DNA of 64,000 nt from a virus. Taxonomy: Duplodnaviria; Caudoviricetes. Made by a program: the position numbers and the translations under genes. Within the stretch, counting starts at the first letter, position 1. Every line of letters starts with the position of its first letter. The DNA lies in the IMG/VR virus record IMGVR_UViG_3300002054_000008, positions 1-64,000 of that record, one strand, 5' to 3'. The notes beneath the pieces were generated by a model. That model was not told where the DNA came from. It was given only the letters and a program-made list of their open reading frames with translations, and searched no databases. Below, in pieces: positions 8,417 through 18,751 of the stretch.

Positions 8417-8990
8417 TAGTGAAAGCCTCCCAAATTTGTGACAGAGCCACAAAGTCGAATGAGTCGTCGCTTACTCCATCACCATCTAAGTCAGCTAGGC
8501 CGTTCTGTGTAACTAGAACACCAAGGGGTGTACCATCACGCGCAGATACAAGGCCACCTGACATGCCGCCGTAGACAGCATCAAATAATGTTGAGTCGGG
8601 AGCGAAAGGCACACGAGGCTGGTCAATCTGTCCAATCCAACCTGTTGTAGCGTATTCATGTCCTCTAGCATCTTCATGCTCTGGACGTTTGAATAGAACC
8701 TTAGCGTAACGATGCTCTAGTGTACCACAGCCAGCAGGATAACCTGAAACTGTACATTCTTCACCTTCAATAGGGTCTCGTGGACGTTGTAGTGGAAGTT
8801 TGCAACCAAACATACAAGCATCAATGAAGCCAGCGATACGTTGCACAGGTGGAGCAGCAAAATGAGGAACACTATGTCTAGCTCCCTTAAATACGTGGTC
8901 TGCGGTGATGTGTCCATCCCACAGTTCCCAAGCTGTTCCTGAATTTCTTGTTTGGTTGTCTCTATACAACCATTTGATAACCTTAGTCAT
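8397..8990 (-). CDS. Trypsin-like serine protease
   Basis: ITADHV (His), D, VSGYP, GGMSGG (Ser), LGVL. Confidence 0.75.
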   Translation of the reverse strand: MTKVIKWLYRDNQTRNSGTAWELWDGHITADHVFKGARHSVPHFAAPPVQRIAGFIDACMFGCKLPLQRPRDPIEGEECTVSGYPAGCGTLEHRYAKVLFKRPEHEDARGHEYATTGWIGQIDQPRVPFAPDSTLFDAVYGGMSGGLVSARDGTPLGVLVTQNGLADLDGDGVSDDSFDFVALSQIWEAFTNADLVA

Positions 8991-9411
8991 AAGGGTCTCC
9001 TTGGGTTGGGAGGCGTCTAGGGTCTGATGTTCTTCTACTTGGGGTACTGGTTGGGTAGCGAGGATAACTTGAATGGTTTCTCCTGTTCATAACGCCTGTT
9101 GCTGTGTCTTTTAAATCCTCTGCCACATCAAGAAGACTCTTCTTTTGGAATGCAGCAACTGTGGCAGGGCCAGTTACAGTCCCTACAATGGTAGCCAGAA
9201 CAGCAAAGGAAGACCATTGCTCTACGTTCATAATACCATAACCTAACAACGTGCCAAACACAACGGCAGCAATAAGGTATGTTAAATTCTTTCTCCAGCT
9301 TTCAACAAGCAGGGTAACGGATAGGCCCAAGAGCAATGAGATAAAGAAATACTCCCCAACACTGGAAAACATCTCTAGCGCCTTATCGGTGTAGTCTTCT
9401 TTACTAGCCAC
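8983..9411 (-). CDS. Putative holin
   Basis: Three hydrophobic segments and a basic C-terminal tail, within lysis cassette. Confidence 0.6.
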   Translation of the reverse strand: MASKEDYTDKALEMFSSVGEYFFISLLLGLSVTLLVESWRKNLTYLIAAVVFGTLLGYGIMNVEQWSSFAVLATIVGTVTGPATVAAFQKKSLLDVAEDLKDTATGVMNRRNHSSYPRYPTSTPSRRTSDPRRLPTQGDPYD

Positions 9412-9778
9412 TATAAACCCTCTTCTGTCTGAAATAAACTATTGCGTGTAAACATGTAAATGTAATACCGTCAATACAGTGGCTAGTCAACCACCAGTGC
9501 TCCCAACCATTAGTGTTTTCTCCCCAACCTACATCACCAAGCCATACAACCCGCAGATATGCAGCAAGGAAAGAACCGAAGGTAGAAGAGATTAAAGCAA
9601 AGTACATTAGGAATCTACCAATGTCGGGATTTCTATATACAGGTAAATCCCTTCGGAATAGGTTTCTGAACCTATAACTGGTCTCAGGGTCTCTAAGAGA
9701 CCTAAGTGCTACGACCCCTGAGAGTCCTGCGAGTAGCAGAAGTCCGATAGTTAGGGCTTCGTAGAACATCAATAACAT
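9404..9778 (-). CDS. Membrane protein (holin/antiholin candidate)
   Basis: Three hydrophobic segments; adjacent to holin. Confidence 0.5.
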   Translation of the reverse strand: MLLMFYEALTIGLLLLAGLSGVVALRSLRDPETSYRFRNLFRRDLPVYRNPDIGRFLMYFALISSTFGSFLAAYLRVVWLGDVGWGENTNGWEHWWLTSHCIDGITFTCLHAIVYFRQKRVYSG

Positions 9779-10086
9779 TACTCTGGAGCTTCGGCCTGAG
9801 AAGGTTCCCCCTCTGGTGCAGTAGCTGCGGCTAGTAGTTCTTGATAAGCTCCAAGGAAAGCAGCGATTTTAGGTTCTACTTGTAGAGTGGCTGATACCTC
9901 AAGCTGCTTAACAGGGTCTAGGATTGAGTATTCTTTAGGAAACCCAGCGGCTTCCATTTCTGCAACAGTTGCCCTTACTTGTCCTAAATTTCCTGCCAGT
10001 TGTTGAACTAGACCAACAAAGTAGCCCATAGAACGAATACGTCCCTCTAGTGCATCTTCTTGGGTTTCAAATGGTGTTGTGTCCAT
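9778..10086 (-). CDS. Hypothetical protein
   Basis: ORF with GAGG RBS in late operon. Confidence 0.65.
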   Translation of the reverse strand: MDTTPFETQEDALEGRIRSMGYFVGLVQQLAGNLGQVRATVAEMEAAGFPKEYSILDPVKQLEVSATLQVEPKIAAFLGAYQELLAAATAPEGEPSQAEAPE

Positions 10087-10098
10087 AATTAAATTCCT

Positions 10099-10425
10099 CT
10101 ATTTTGGAGTCTTAGGGAATACCATACTGTCCCCATCTTTGCAAGTTCTTATCTTATTCCTTACCTTCTTACGCCAGCGTTTCCACTGCCTAAGTTTCTT
10201 CTGGTCAGGTTCCTCGATAGCGTATTTATTCAGCCTGTAGTCAGATTCAGCCAATAATTTCTTACCTTTAGCCTTAATATCTTCTGCTGAACCTTTGTTT
10301 TTATATCTACGAGGTCTCTTAGCATTACGAACATTCTCTACTCGGCACTTATCACAGTCATCTGGCCCTAGAGCATGTTTAGGACGTGGGCGTGAACAGG
10401 CTTTACATTCAATAAGTTTTTTCAT
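10099..10425 (-). CDS. Tail fibre assembly chaperone-like protein with N-terminal Zn finger
   Basis: CxxC...CxxC, then LLAESDY...WKRWRKKVR...FPKTP; directly downstream of J. Confidence 0.55.
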   Translation of the reverse strand: MKKLIECKACSRPRPKHALGPDDCDKCRVENVRNAKRPRRYKNKGSAEDIKAKGKKLLAESDYRLNKYAIEEPDQKKLRQWKRWRKKVRNKIRTCKDGDSMVFPKTPK

Positions 10426-13400
10426 TACGCTGTACTCTGGTTCTCTGGTTTAACAGTGATTTTGCAAAGCTCCCCATTAGGTGTAGCTGAGCGAGTTCCT
10501 GATGAACCTTGTTTAGTGTAAGTCACTTTATTAAGGTTTGTCAAGGCTCCTGAACCTGTCTCAGTTGCCCCAAAGGTTCCTAAAGTAGCACTGGTTCTGA
10601 TGCCACCAGTATAGGTAACTGTGAAGGGTTTGTTACTGAATGTATAGTTTTGGTTACCATCTCCATGATTAGGATTGATACCTAACTGATAATGAGTAAG
10701 AGTCTTAGTTGGCCCTTGAACCCAAGATGTGCCATCGTGGAACCATGTCTCAACTTGGATTTGTCCCCAATACTCGACAGGGCCACCCCCTCCCCCGAAG
10801 CCCTCTTCATCGAAGCCAAATACATCAATATCTCCAGAAATATAGAATGTGTAAACATCATTATAAGCAGCTTCCGTGTCGGCTTTAGCCACCATTTGTT
10901 CTGGCCCACTAGGTGAAGAAGCATTAGTAGAAGCTGTCACAGCCACAGTTGCACCTGTAGTTGTAATTTTAAGTTCTGCGGTAAATCCTGTACCTGTCTT
11001 GTTGATAGCTCTTAATCTATATGCCTCGCCAGAGGCAAGTTCATCCAACCCAATAGGAGAGAAATCCACATCATAATCCCCAATGTCTACGTTAGTACCA
11101 AAGGTGATGACTGTTCCATCAGTTTCGTTATAGACACGCTGCTGGAGAGCCACGGGCCAACGTCCTGAACCTGTGCCAAGGTAGATACCTGCACCAGCTT
11201 CTAAGTTACCAGCGATACGAACATCGCCGCCAGAAACTCTGAGGGCTGTAATCCATGCAGACCCTACTTGATTATAAACTGCAAATAAATCTGCTCCAAT
11301 ACCAACAGTGGAGTAAGCAGCACCACCAACAGTCTGGTCAGCACGGGCAACGATGAAAGCTTCTGCGCCTGTGACAGCAGTTTCTACAGACCAGTGGGCT
11401 TGCAACCTACCAGTGTTTGAAGCAATAGCTGTGGAGTTTGTAGTTACAGAGGCTTCTATATTAACGACCCTACCAGCGTCTATCTCCATAAGCGTAGCAT
11501 GTCTAACACCAACTAGGTTAAACCTAATCACATTATTAGAAGCTAGAGAATCGCCAAATCCTGTCCAATGTGACATAGCAAAGGGTTGAAGCTGGCCAAC
11601 CAAATTGTACGTTGCATCAAATAATTTAGCAAACCTATATCTCTTACCCACTACCCCATTCCCTACTACGTTACCACTAGCATCTGGGTCTGAAGTAAAA
11701 CTCATTCTATGAGCATTATTTATGAAAGTACCATTTGCCTGTCTAAGCTCTGTAACTACACCTGCTCCTTCAAAGGTTCCAGACACTAATACAACATCAG
11801 CTTCCATCACATACCAGCTAGGTGTAATATTGGTTACAGGATTTCTTATACCTCCTGCGAAATTTGCTGTACCCTGTAGCTGGAAAGCATTCTCTGATAC
11901 GTCTCCGTCAACTCTAGTACCATTGCCGCTAGACCAGTTGAACCATGCGGGTGGGATACCCCCTGAGTAATCAGAGAAAGAAGCATTATCATTTAACAAT
12001 CCGTGTGCTATTTTGGCTGTAATATTTTTTATATTAGTAGCACTTACAGCACTAGAGTTAGCAGAGGCTGCACTAGACGAAGCTGATGAAGCATAACCAG
12101 CGGCTGCTGTAGCTTGGTTGGACGCTGTTGTGGCAGAAGAAGCAGCCTGACCAGCGGATACTGATGATTGGGAAGCACTCGTCGAAGCACTAGCTTCAGA
12201 TGCAGCAGCGTTTGTTGCTGAAACTTGTGAAGCAGAAGCAAAGGAACCAGCATTAGTTTCACTAACAGCCGCACTACCAGCACTGGTCGCAGAGGCAGAA
12301 GCAGATAACTGCGACTGATAGCTTTCTTCTATATCATAGACCCACATTCTTGATACGCTAATATCGCTTACAGCCTGTGACCAGTTAACTGCGGAGATAC
12401 TGGCCCATTCCATTCCAGCGGGGACAGTATATTCAAATTCATAATCTTGATAAGAGCTGGTTAAAGTATCATTTTCTCCCCTCATGAAATAATGCACTAA
12501 ATCTCTCTGAACAGTATCAGGGTGGGCAACCGCATTGGCTACACCTAAATATTTACCGTGAGACCCTTTCATAGATAGGACTAAGTAAAAACCATCAACT
12601 CCTGATACGTTTGATTTGGCTCTGACACCTACCTTTATTCTATTCAGAGGAGTTAGCTTAAACGCAGGACTTCCTACACCTCTGTTACCTGTAGTTATAC
12701 TGTCGAAGAGTTGTAAGATACGGCCCTCTCCAACTTCATCAGCGTAGTCAAAGTGGTTTCCAGCAGAATATGTCTCATTGATAACCCATTGAGGGTCACC
12801 CTCAAACATCCCACCTGATACCAAATTATTTAAACCACCCTCAACACCTCTGGCTCTGGCTTCTTCTGTTATGTCTTTTATATCAACATAGTCTACAAGG
12901 AAGGAACCTATCCCTGTAGGGTAATTAACCAAAATCATAGGTCTAACGTATTTAGTCCCTATAGGAAAACCTCTATTAGCTTTAGGCAGTAATCTATTAA
13001 CTTCACCCGTTAATTCTACACTTCTTTCAGTAAAGTTATCAGGCCATACTTCATTGTTGGCTATGACATAGTGGAAAGTACCCCCAAAACCTGCTATATT
13101 TTGATAGTTCTCATCCAGACACTGTAGACCAATATAACATTGTCTACCTCCTCCAGAGGTATTTTGCATACCTCTGAATGTCATTCTATAAGTTCTTGAA
13201 GTATCCACAGGTATAGCAGATTTATGGAAAGCAGTGCGATTATTAACGCCACTATTCTCGCCAACTAGTTCCATTACGGCCCCACCTAAAGAACCAGTTA
13301 CGGTAGGTCTCCTAAGAACAGGGTACTCGTTGGTTGATAGGGAACCATTACTATCCACTGTATTCCAAGAATGAGTTCTAACCCAATTATCCAAACAGTT

Positions 13401-16400
13401 TGTCATGTAAGGGTCAGGGGTTAATTCTATCACCCTAGAGTTTATCTGTGCGGATAAGACCTGAGATGCAGCAGCAGCAGCAGCAGAGCCAGAGGCATTA
13501 GTCTCGGATAGGGCAGCGTTACCTTCAGATACAGAAGCATTAGAAGCAGAAGTACCTGCATTTGTTTCAGCCAACTGAGCAGCTATAGCTGATTGACCAG
13601 CGGCTGTTTCTGAGGCAGAAGCAGAAGCTGCGGCTGTAATAGAAGCTGCGGCTGATATAGCAGCATTTTTACTCTCTGTGATGTCCTCTATAGAGTATTT
13701 ATCAATCTGAACTATTCCAGTCGAGGAAGCTACATTATTATTTATGTAACCTCCTAATCTTATATATTTAGTTCCTGTTGGGAAATTAAGAAGTCCTGAG
13801 CCTTCCCCAGAAATCTCTGCTTCTCTATCCTGCCAAGTTGAAGGTAATGTTTCATTACTCCATAAAGGATAAGCTAAAGTTCCATACACTGACCCTATAT
13901 TAGTGAAGTTCTCATCTAATGCTTGAAAGCCGAGGAATGCTTTTGCAGAACCATCAGTGGTTACTTGTCTAACCCTACCTGATAATTTATAGGTTTTAGA
14001 AGTATCTATTTCTATGGCCCTCAACGCTAAAACTAAAGCTCCCCCATTAGCAGATAACACTGCACCACCTATACTATCTGAAACACCTGTTACTCTTGTT
14101 ACTTCTTGATAATTAGTCAAAGTTTCAAGGTTGAAACTTAAAGGCCCAACACCCCAACGCTCAACAGGGTACTGCATTAGAGGGTCGTCAAACAGAAGGA
14201 TACTTTCTTTACTCGCTACCTCTGCTAGTAGAGCGCTCGACGCCGCAGCAGTAGCAGATGTTGAAGATTCGTTAGCAGAGGTAGCTGCACTTCCCGCTGA
14301 AATAGAAGCAGCAGTAGCACTTAACCCAGCAGCATTTTCACTACCAGCAGCGTTTGTTGCTGAGGTAGCCGCAGAAGAGGCACTTCCAGCAGAATTGGTT
14401 TCTGAAAGTGCAGCAGCCGTTTCACTTGAACTCGAATTACCAGCGGCTGTTTCAGAGGCAAGCCTTGATGTTTCAGAAGCGGCAGCAGCATTTTCTGATA
14501 GAGTTTGCGCTGTTTGTGCATTATTACTAGCAAGCTCAGCAGCACTTTGAGCTATTAAAGCATTTGCAGCACTCTGTGCAGCAGAAGCTGTAGAACCATA
14601 AATGGTGGTTAGGTTACCAACATCTTGAGTATTAGCAGCAACATCAGCTTCTATATTATCTATTAAAGACTGAGGGTCAGTAATACTAGCATCATAAGTC
14701 GTCTCAGTGATAGGTGAAGAGGCTACCCCAAAAACATCAATAACTTGGTATGAAATATGGTTAGTACCATCTGCAAAATCTAGCACAGGATTACCGTTAG
14801 AGTTCCAAGCTAATGTCCCTGTTGTGTGTGCAGAAGCAGTTGTAGAAATCCAAACATTTACACCTACATAATCTGAGTCAGCAGGTTCATCGAATTTCAT
14901 CTTAGCGCGTGTGTCTAAAGGGTGTACTTGTGCAAAAGCTACATTCTGTAATGTTAACGCAGGTTTATTGATATTACGTGTAAATGTAGAACCTTCATTA
15001 CCTTGAGCATCTGATACACTAACTACAACTGAGAAATCTCTCACTGTTGTTAATCCATAAGTAGAAAATTCAGAATAAGGTATTTCTAATTTCTTCTGAC
15101 TCCAATCATTAACCTGATAGGTGTGAACAATAGAGCCATTAGAAGGGTTAACAACATCAACTTCAAACCATGCGAAATCTGGATGGGGCTTATCAGAAGC
15201 CCAACCTTCCCACTTCTCTGTAGTATCAACAGACCACTCTAAAGAAACATTACGCCCAATATAGGTTGTGTCTGAATCTTTTTTATTCTGAATAGTGACT
15301 CCTGTGATTGAGGGTAGGCCGTAGAATGGGGCGACTGTAGTTACTCGTGTTCTAACAATTTGAGGAGATTCAGAACCATCTACATTAAGCGCGTTGACCG
15401 CGAATAAATGTGTACCTGCGTCTACAGCAGCCATGCTGAATTGTTGTGCTGAACCTCTAAAGATTTCACGAGATTGACCATCATTGAAAGTGTATTTAAC
15501 AGAATATTTACCACCAGCAATAGCTGTGCTAGGGGGTTCCCAAGTCAAGTTAATGTCATTAACCTTACCATCAGAAGTGACTCTCTCTAAAACATTGGCT
15601 GTTAATTCAAGAACAGCCGTACTATCTGGACTAGAAATATCTGGTTCATCTGAAACATCAAAAACCGTTCCGTCAAAATTATCTACCAGTGCGTATTTGG
15701 AACGGTTTACTTCCAGAGCGGTAATCTTAATCTTCTCATTAGCATCATCACCTTCTTCAATACCAATAACACGGTAAGGTCTTAAATCACCTTCCGTCGC
15801 AGAAGCTACGGAGAATGAGAAGTTAGGGTCAAGCCCAAGGTCTGTAGGTAGAGCATCTTCTAATCTAACAGTTGTTGGTGTGGTAGCAACGCTACCCCAA
15901 ATAACATTGGTTTCCCAAATACCGTCTTTAGTCTGGATTCTAACTTTATAGTCAGTCACCCCACTTTCTAAAACAAGAGGCTCATTATATGTTAGAGTTC
16001 TTCGGTCTGATGAAATATCCATGCAGCGACGTGAATGACCTTCATCCATAGCTTCATCGGCAATCAGGATAATATCGTGAGGCTCAACGTAAGCACCAAG
16101 TCGTGTCGTGGTGAAAGCCACGTTGCGAGTTTCTGTAAGGGACGTTACCAGCTTATGATAGGCTCTGTTGATAGCTTCATCAGTATCCACACAGCCGACT
16201 GCCACGAATGTAAGAGGCTTACGGCCATGAAGGTCAATATCAGCTTGGTCAAAGACACGTCGTCTATCTTCTTGGTAAGCAGGTAGAAGTTTGTTGCGGT
16301 AGACAACTGTAATGTCGTTGTATCGAGTGTTAATATCAGAGAATGAATACTGGAAACGTCCGTTTTCAATATCCATATTGTTGAAAGTGTGAGTGGCAGT

Positions 16401-17777
16401 AGTATTTCTTTCCACACGCAGACGGAAGTTACCTTCTACATCCTCATAGAAGACAGCGTTACCAGCACCAGCCATGTAGGTTAGTAGTTCCATAGAATTA
16501 CGAGGCGTCGTGATAGAACCATTGAAAGTTACACGAGGACGTGTTCCACCATTAGGACGTGGGACACCAACATACGCACCAGTAACTTCGTCACAGGCGT
16601 TCCAGTATAGAGACGCTTCTAGGGCTTCATAACGAGAGAAGTTGATTGTGTGGTATGCAGCGATACCGTGAACATCGTTGTGCACGAGGTCATAGATAAT
16701 CCAAGCAAGGTCATCTGTGAAAACCTTCTTAAATGTTCCATCCCAAGGGCCACCTGTGAAATCATAGCTGCGAGTTACAGGGTCAAAGATAGTAGGAACG
16801 AGAACTTCTGCTGTGTCATAAATACCATACATTTGAGGGATGTTAGACAACTGGTCAGAGGCTTTGACAATAAGCTGAGCCATTGCTGTGTTAGGGTATG
16901 ACTTCTCTTCGATTGTGATTTGTTCAAAGGTGTCCCAAGTCAATTCGCGAATAGACGTGCTAGTGGATTCAGCAGAGATTTTAGTGACCCGAATGTCGTA
17001 AGTGTCAGTCGCTAATCTCGCAACTGGAATCCTAATCTCCTTCATTACTGGAGACTGTGTACGACCATAAACTCTAACATTGTCAGAGTAAGCTGTTACA
17101 CCTAGTGAAGTATCAATAGGCCCATCAGCATTATCTTGGTACTCTGCCCATGCTTGCGCTTCTGCTTGGAACTGTGTGAAACCTTGTTCAATTCTTAGTT
17201 CTTCGATACGTGAGCGAAGTGTCCCAAAAATACCTGAGCCAGAATCCACAGGGTCAGGATGTGTGTATGACTGTAACCAACCAGTGTTGGAAGGTAATGT
17301 CTGCCATGTGCCAGAAGAGGTGGGTTTAACCTCGATTCTGAATAGTAAGTCCTCATTCAACTGGTCACCATCAGTCGTGTTACGCATAAGCTGGTCGATA
17401 CGAATACGAACATCAATAGCATCAATATCACCAGAAGTGGTTGTACGTGTTACAGGAGCATTCTGTGCGAGGTTAACACCTACAGAATGTCCAGAGGCTG
17501 AGCCACCAAGTAAGAACTTGATAGGGTCTGGCATCTGTGTACCTTTGTGAAAGATAAGCTGCGCGTCAGGGAAGTTTAGGGTTCCATCAGAGGCCATAAG
17601 AGGTGTGTTGGCGATGTAGAAAGACTTCATTCCATCATGTAGTTTAGACCACGGCCCTTCACCTAGACCAAGGAGAACCTCTACAGTATCTTCTGAACGA
17701 AGGTTGTCTGAAACGCGAGTAGGTTCAGGAGGCTGCTTTGGGCCTTTGGCGAATGGTAGAGTAGAAACTGAATACAT
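10425..17777 (-). CDS. Central tail tip / host-specificity protein J fused to a long modular receptor-binding region (~2,450 aa)
   Basis: LLGLGEGP, YPNTA, WDGTFK, AWIIYDL, YSFS..NTRYN lambda-J-like core; FN3-like part; Ala/Ser spacers alternating with repeated beta-rich domains; start codon uncertain (17777 or 17792). Confidence 0.9.
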   Translation of the reverse strand: MYSVSTLPFAKGPKQPPEPTRVSDNLRSEDTVEVLLGLGEGPWSKLHDGMKSFYIANTPLMASDGTLNFPDAQLIFHKGTQMPDPIKFLLGGSASGHSVGVNLAQNAPVTRTTTSGDIDAIDVRIRIDQLMRNTTDGDQLNEDLLFRIEVKPTSSGTWQTLPSNTGWLQSYTHPDPVDSGSGIFGTLRSRIEELRIEQGFTQFQAEAQAWAEYQDNADGPIDTSLGVTAYSDNVRVYGRTQSPVMKEIRIPVARLATDTYDIRVTKISAESTSTSIRELTWDTFEQITIEEKSYPNTAMAQLIVKASDQLSNIPQMYGIYDTAEVLVPTIFDPVTRSYDFTGGPWDGTFKKVFTDDLAWIIYDLVHNDVHGIAAYHTINFSRYEALEASLYWNACDEVTGAYVGVPRPNGGTRPRVTFNGSITTPRNSMELLTYMAGAGNAVFYEDVEGNFRLRVERNTTATHTFNNMDIENGRFQYSFSDINTRYNDITVVYRNKLLPAYQEDRRRVFDQADIDLHGRKPLTFVAVGCVDTDEAINRAYHKLVTSLTETRNVAFTTTRLGAYVEPHDIILIADEAMDEGHSRRCMDISSDRRTLTYNEPLVLESGVTDYKVRIQTKDGIWETNVIWGSVATTPTTVRLEDALPTDLGLDPNFSFSVASATEGDLRPYRVIGIEEGDDANEKIKITALEVNRSKYALVDNFDGTVFDVSDEPDISSPDSTAVLELTANVLERVTSDGKVNDINLTWEPPSTAIAGGKYSVKYTFNDGQSREIFRGSAQQFSMAAVDAGTHLFAVNALNVDGSESPQIVRTRVTTVAPFYGLPSITGVTIQNKKDSDTTYIGRNVSLEWSVDTTEKWEGWASDKPHPDFAWFEVDVVNPSNGSIVHTYQVNDWSQKKLEIPYSEFSTYGLTTVRDFSVVVSVSDAQGNEGSTFTRNINKPALTLQNVAFAQVHPLDTRAKMKFDEPADSDYVGVNVWISTTASAHTTGTLAWNSNGNPVLDFADGTNHISYQVIDVFGVASSPITETTYDASITDPQSLIDNIEADVAANTQDVGNLTTIYGSTASAAQSAANALIAQSAAELASNNAQTAQTLSENAAAASETSRLASETAAGNSSSSETAAALSETNSAGSASSAATSATNAAGSENAAGLSATAASISAGSAATSANESSTSATAAASSALLAEVASKESILLFDDPLMQYPVERWGVGPLSFNLETLTNYQEVTRVTGVSDSIGGAVLSANGGALVLALRAIEIDTSKTYKLSGRVRQVTTDGSAKAFLGFQALDENFTNIGSVYGTLAYPLWSNETLPSTWQDREAEISGEGSGLLNFPTGTKYIRLGGYINNNVASSTGIVQIDKYSIEDITESKNAAISAAASITAAASASASETAAGQSAIAAQLAETNAGTSASNASVSEGNAALSETNASGSAAAAAASQVLSAQINSRVIELTPDPYMTNCLDNWVRTHSWNTVDSNGSLSTNEYPVLRRPTVTGSLGGAVMELVGENSGVNNRTAFHKSAIPVDTSRTYRMTFRGMQNTSGGGRQCYIGLQCLDENYQNIAGFGGTFHYVIANNEVWPDNFTERSVELTGEVNRLLPKANRGFPIGTKYVRPMILVNYPTGIGSFLVDYVDIKDITEEARARGVEGGLNNLVSGGMFEGDPQWVINETYSAGNHFDYADEVGEGRILQLFDSITTGNRGVGSPAFKLTPLNRIKVGVRAKSNVSGVDGFYLVLSMKGSHGKYLGVANAVAHPDTVQRDLVHYFMRGENDTLTSSYQDYEFEYTVPAGMEWASISAVNWSQAVSDISVSRMWVYDIEESYQSQLSASASATSAGSAAVSETNAGSFASASQVSATNAAASEASASTSASQSSVSAGQAASSATTASNQATAAAGYASSASSSAASANSSAVSATNIKNITAKIAHGLLNDNASFSDYSGGIPPAWFNWSSGNGTRVDGDVSENAFQLQGTANFAGGIRNPVTNITPSWYVMEADVVLVSGTFEGAGVVTELRQANGTFINNAHRMSFTSDPDASGNVVGNGVVGKRYRFAKLFDATYNLVGQLQPFAMSHWTGFGDSLASNNVIRFNLVGVRHATLMEIDAGRVVNIEASVTTNSTAIASNTGRLQAHWSVETAVTGAEAFIVARADQTVGGAAYSTVGIGADLFAVYNQVGSAWITALRVSGGDVRIAGNLEAGAGIYLGTGSGRWPVALQQRVYNETDGTVITFGTNVDIGDYDVDFSPIGLDELASGEAYRLRAINKTGTGFTAELKITTTGATVAVTASTNASSPSGPEQMVAKADTEAAYNDVYTFYISGDIDVFGFDEEGFGGGGGPVEYWGQIQVETWFHDGTSWVQGPTKTLTHYQLGINPNHGDGNQNYTFSNKPFTVTYTGGIRTSATLGTFGATETGSGALTNLNKVTYTKQGSSGTRSATPNGELCKITVKPENQSTA

Positions 17778-17781
17778 GTAT

Positions 17782-18447
17782 TTAGAAAGCATTGATTGAG
17801 TTCCCCGCTGCGTAACCATAACGATAGTTAGGGCTATAAGTCGGAACGCTAGTTCCAGAGTATGGGCCAGATGCAATATCACGAGATTGGATATTGATAG
17901 AAAGGAAGTGACCGTAGACAGGGAAAGTACCCCACGTCAATGGAATACGTGTACCAATCTTGGTTGTGTTACCTGTGCCAGAAATATATTTAGAGGCTTC
18001 TGGATTGGTTTGTTCAGGGGTTGTGTCTAACTTAGGAACAGGCGTTAGTAGTTGAATGATACCTCCAGCAATCATACCAATACCTGCGGAGATAAGAGCC
18101 ATAGAAAGCTGTGGAGGAATACCAAGGAACATACCTCCAACAACGAGAACAGCACCAACAATAATTTGGAAGATACCCACCTTCTTACCCGCTGTGAACG
18201 CTGGCATGAAGTGTAGCTCGTCAACCTCAAGAGGCATGTCGAGAGCATCTGGATTATCAAACCCAGCGATTTGGAAGAATAAAGTTTCTTTGAATAGGTC
18301 AGAATGTGTGCGACGCAAGTGGGACATAATTGCAGTCGTAGCTTCTCTTGCTGTTGAAACTGACAATTCCACAGGTTTACCTAGAACATCAAGGATGCCA
18401 TGTAGGTGAACTTTAACCACGTTTAACAACTCCGTCTTCTGTGACAT
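17782..18447 (-). CDS. Tail assembly protein I-like
   Basis: VHLHG ubiquitin-like N-terminus, Gly-rich hydrophobic stretch, NTTKIGTRIPLTWG. Confidence 0.8.
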   Translation of the reverse strand: MSQKTELLNVVKVHLHGILDVLGKPVELSVSTAREATTAIMSHLRRTHSDLFKETLFFQIAGFDNPDALDMPLEVDELHFMPAFTAGKKVGIFQIIVGAVLVVGGMFLGIPPQLSMALISAGIGMIAGGIIQLLTPVPKLDTTPEQTNPEASKYISGTGNTTKIGTRIPLTWGTFPVYGHFLSINIQSRDIASGPYSGTSVPTYSPNYRYGYAAGNSINAF

Positions 18448-18751
18448 AGTATTGGGCTACGCCATTATTTCCTACGATGTAGTGTTTAAGATGTGGGTGG
18501 TTAGTAAACGCCACATAATCATCACCACTAAGGTTATTCGTTGCAGAGGGATGTGTGTGCCATGTGGCTACAGCATTGACCAAACGGTCAGGGTCGTAAG
18601 CATATGCAAATAAGTCAGCAGAACGATACATGGCTCCAAACTCAGGGTCGTCATGGTTGTTGAAAGTTTCAACGACAGTTCCATCTTCGAGTACAAATCC
18701 AAGACGTTCATTACCTTCATCGGCATAGTTATTCAATAGCTCTTTGAGCAT
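18413..18751 (-). CDS. JAB/MPN domain protein (N-terminal half of tail protein K)
   Basis: E..G, WHTHP, S..D motif. Confidence 0.8.
   Translation of the reverse strand: MLKELLNNYADEGNERLGFVLEDGTVVETFNNHDDPEFGAMYRSADLFAYAYDPDRLVNAVATWHTHPSATNNLSGDDYVAFTNHPHLKHYIVGNNGVAQYYVTEDGVVKRG

Noticed and set aside
10425-17777. Diversity-generating retroelement or invertase switch at the tail tip
   Set aside because: No reverse transcriptase, recombinase or TR/VR pair seen; repeats are short and confined to spacers.
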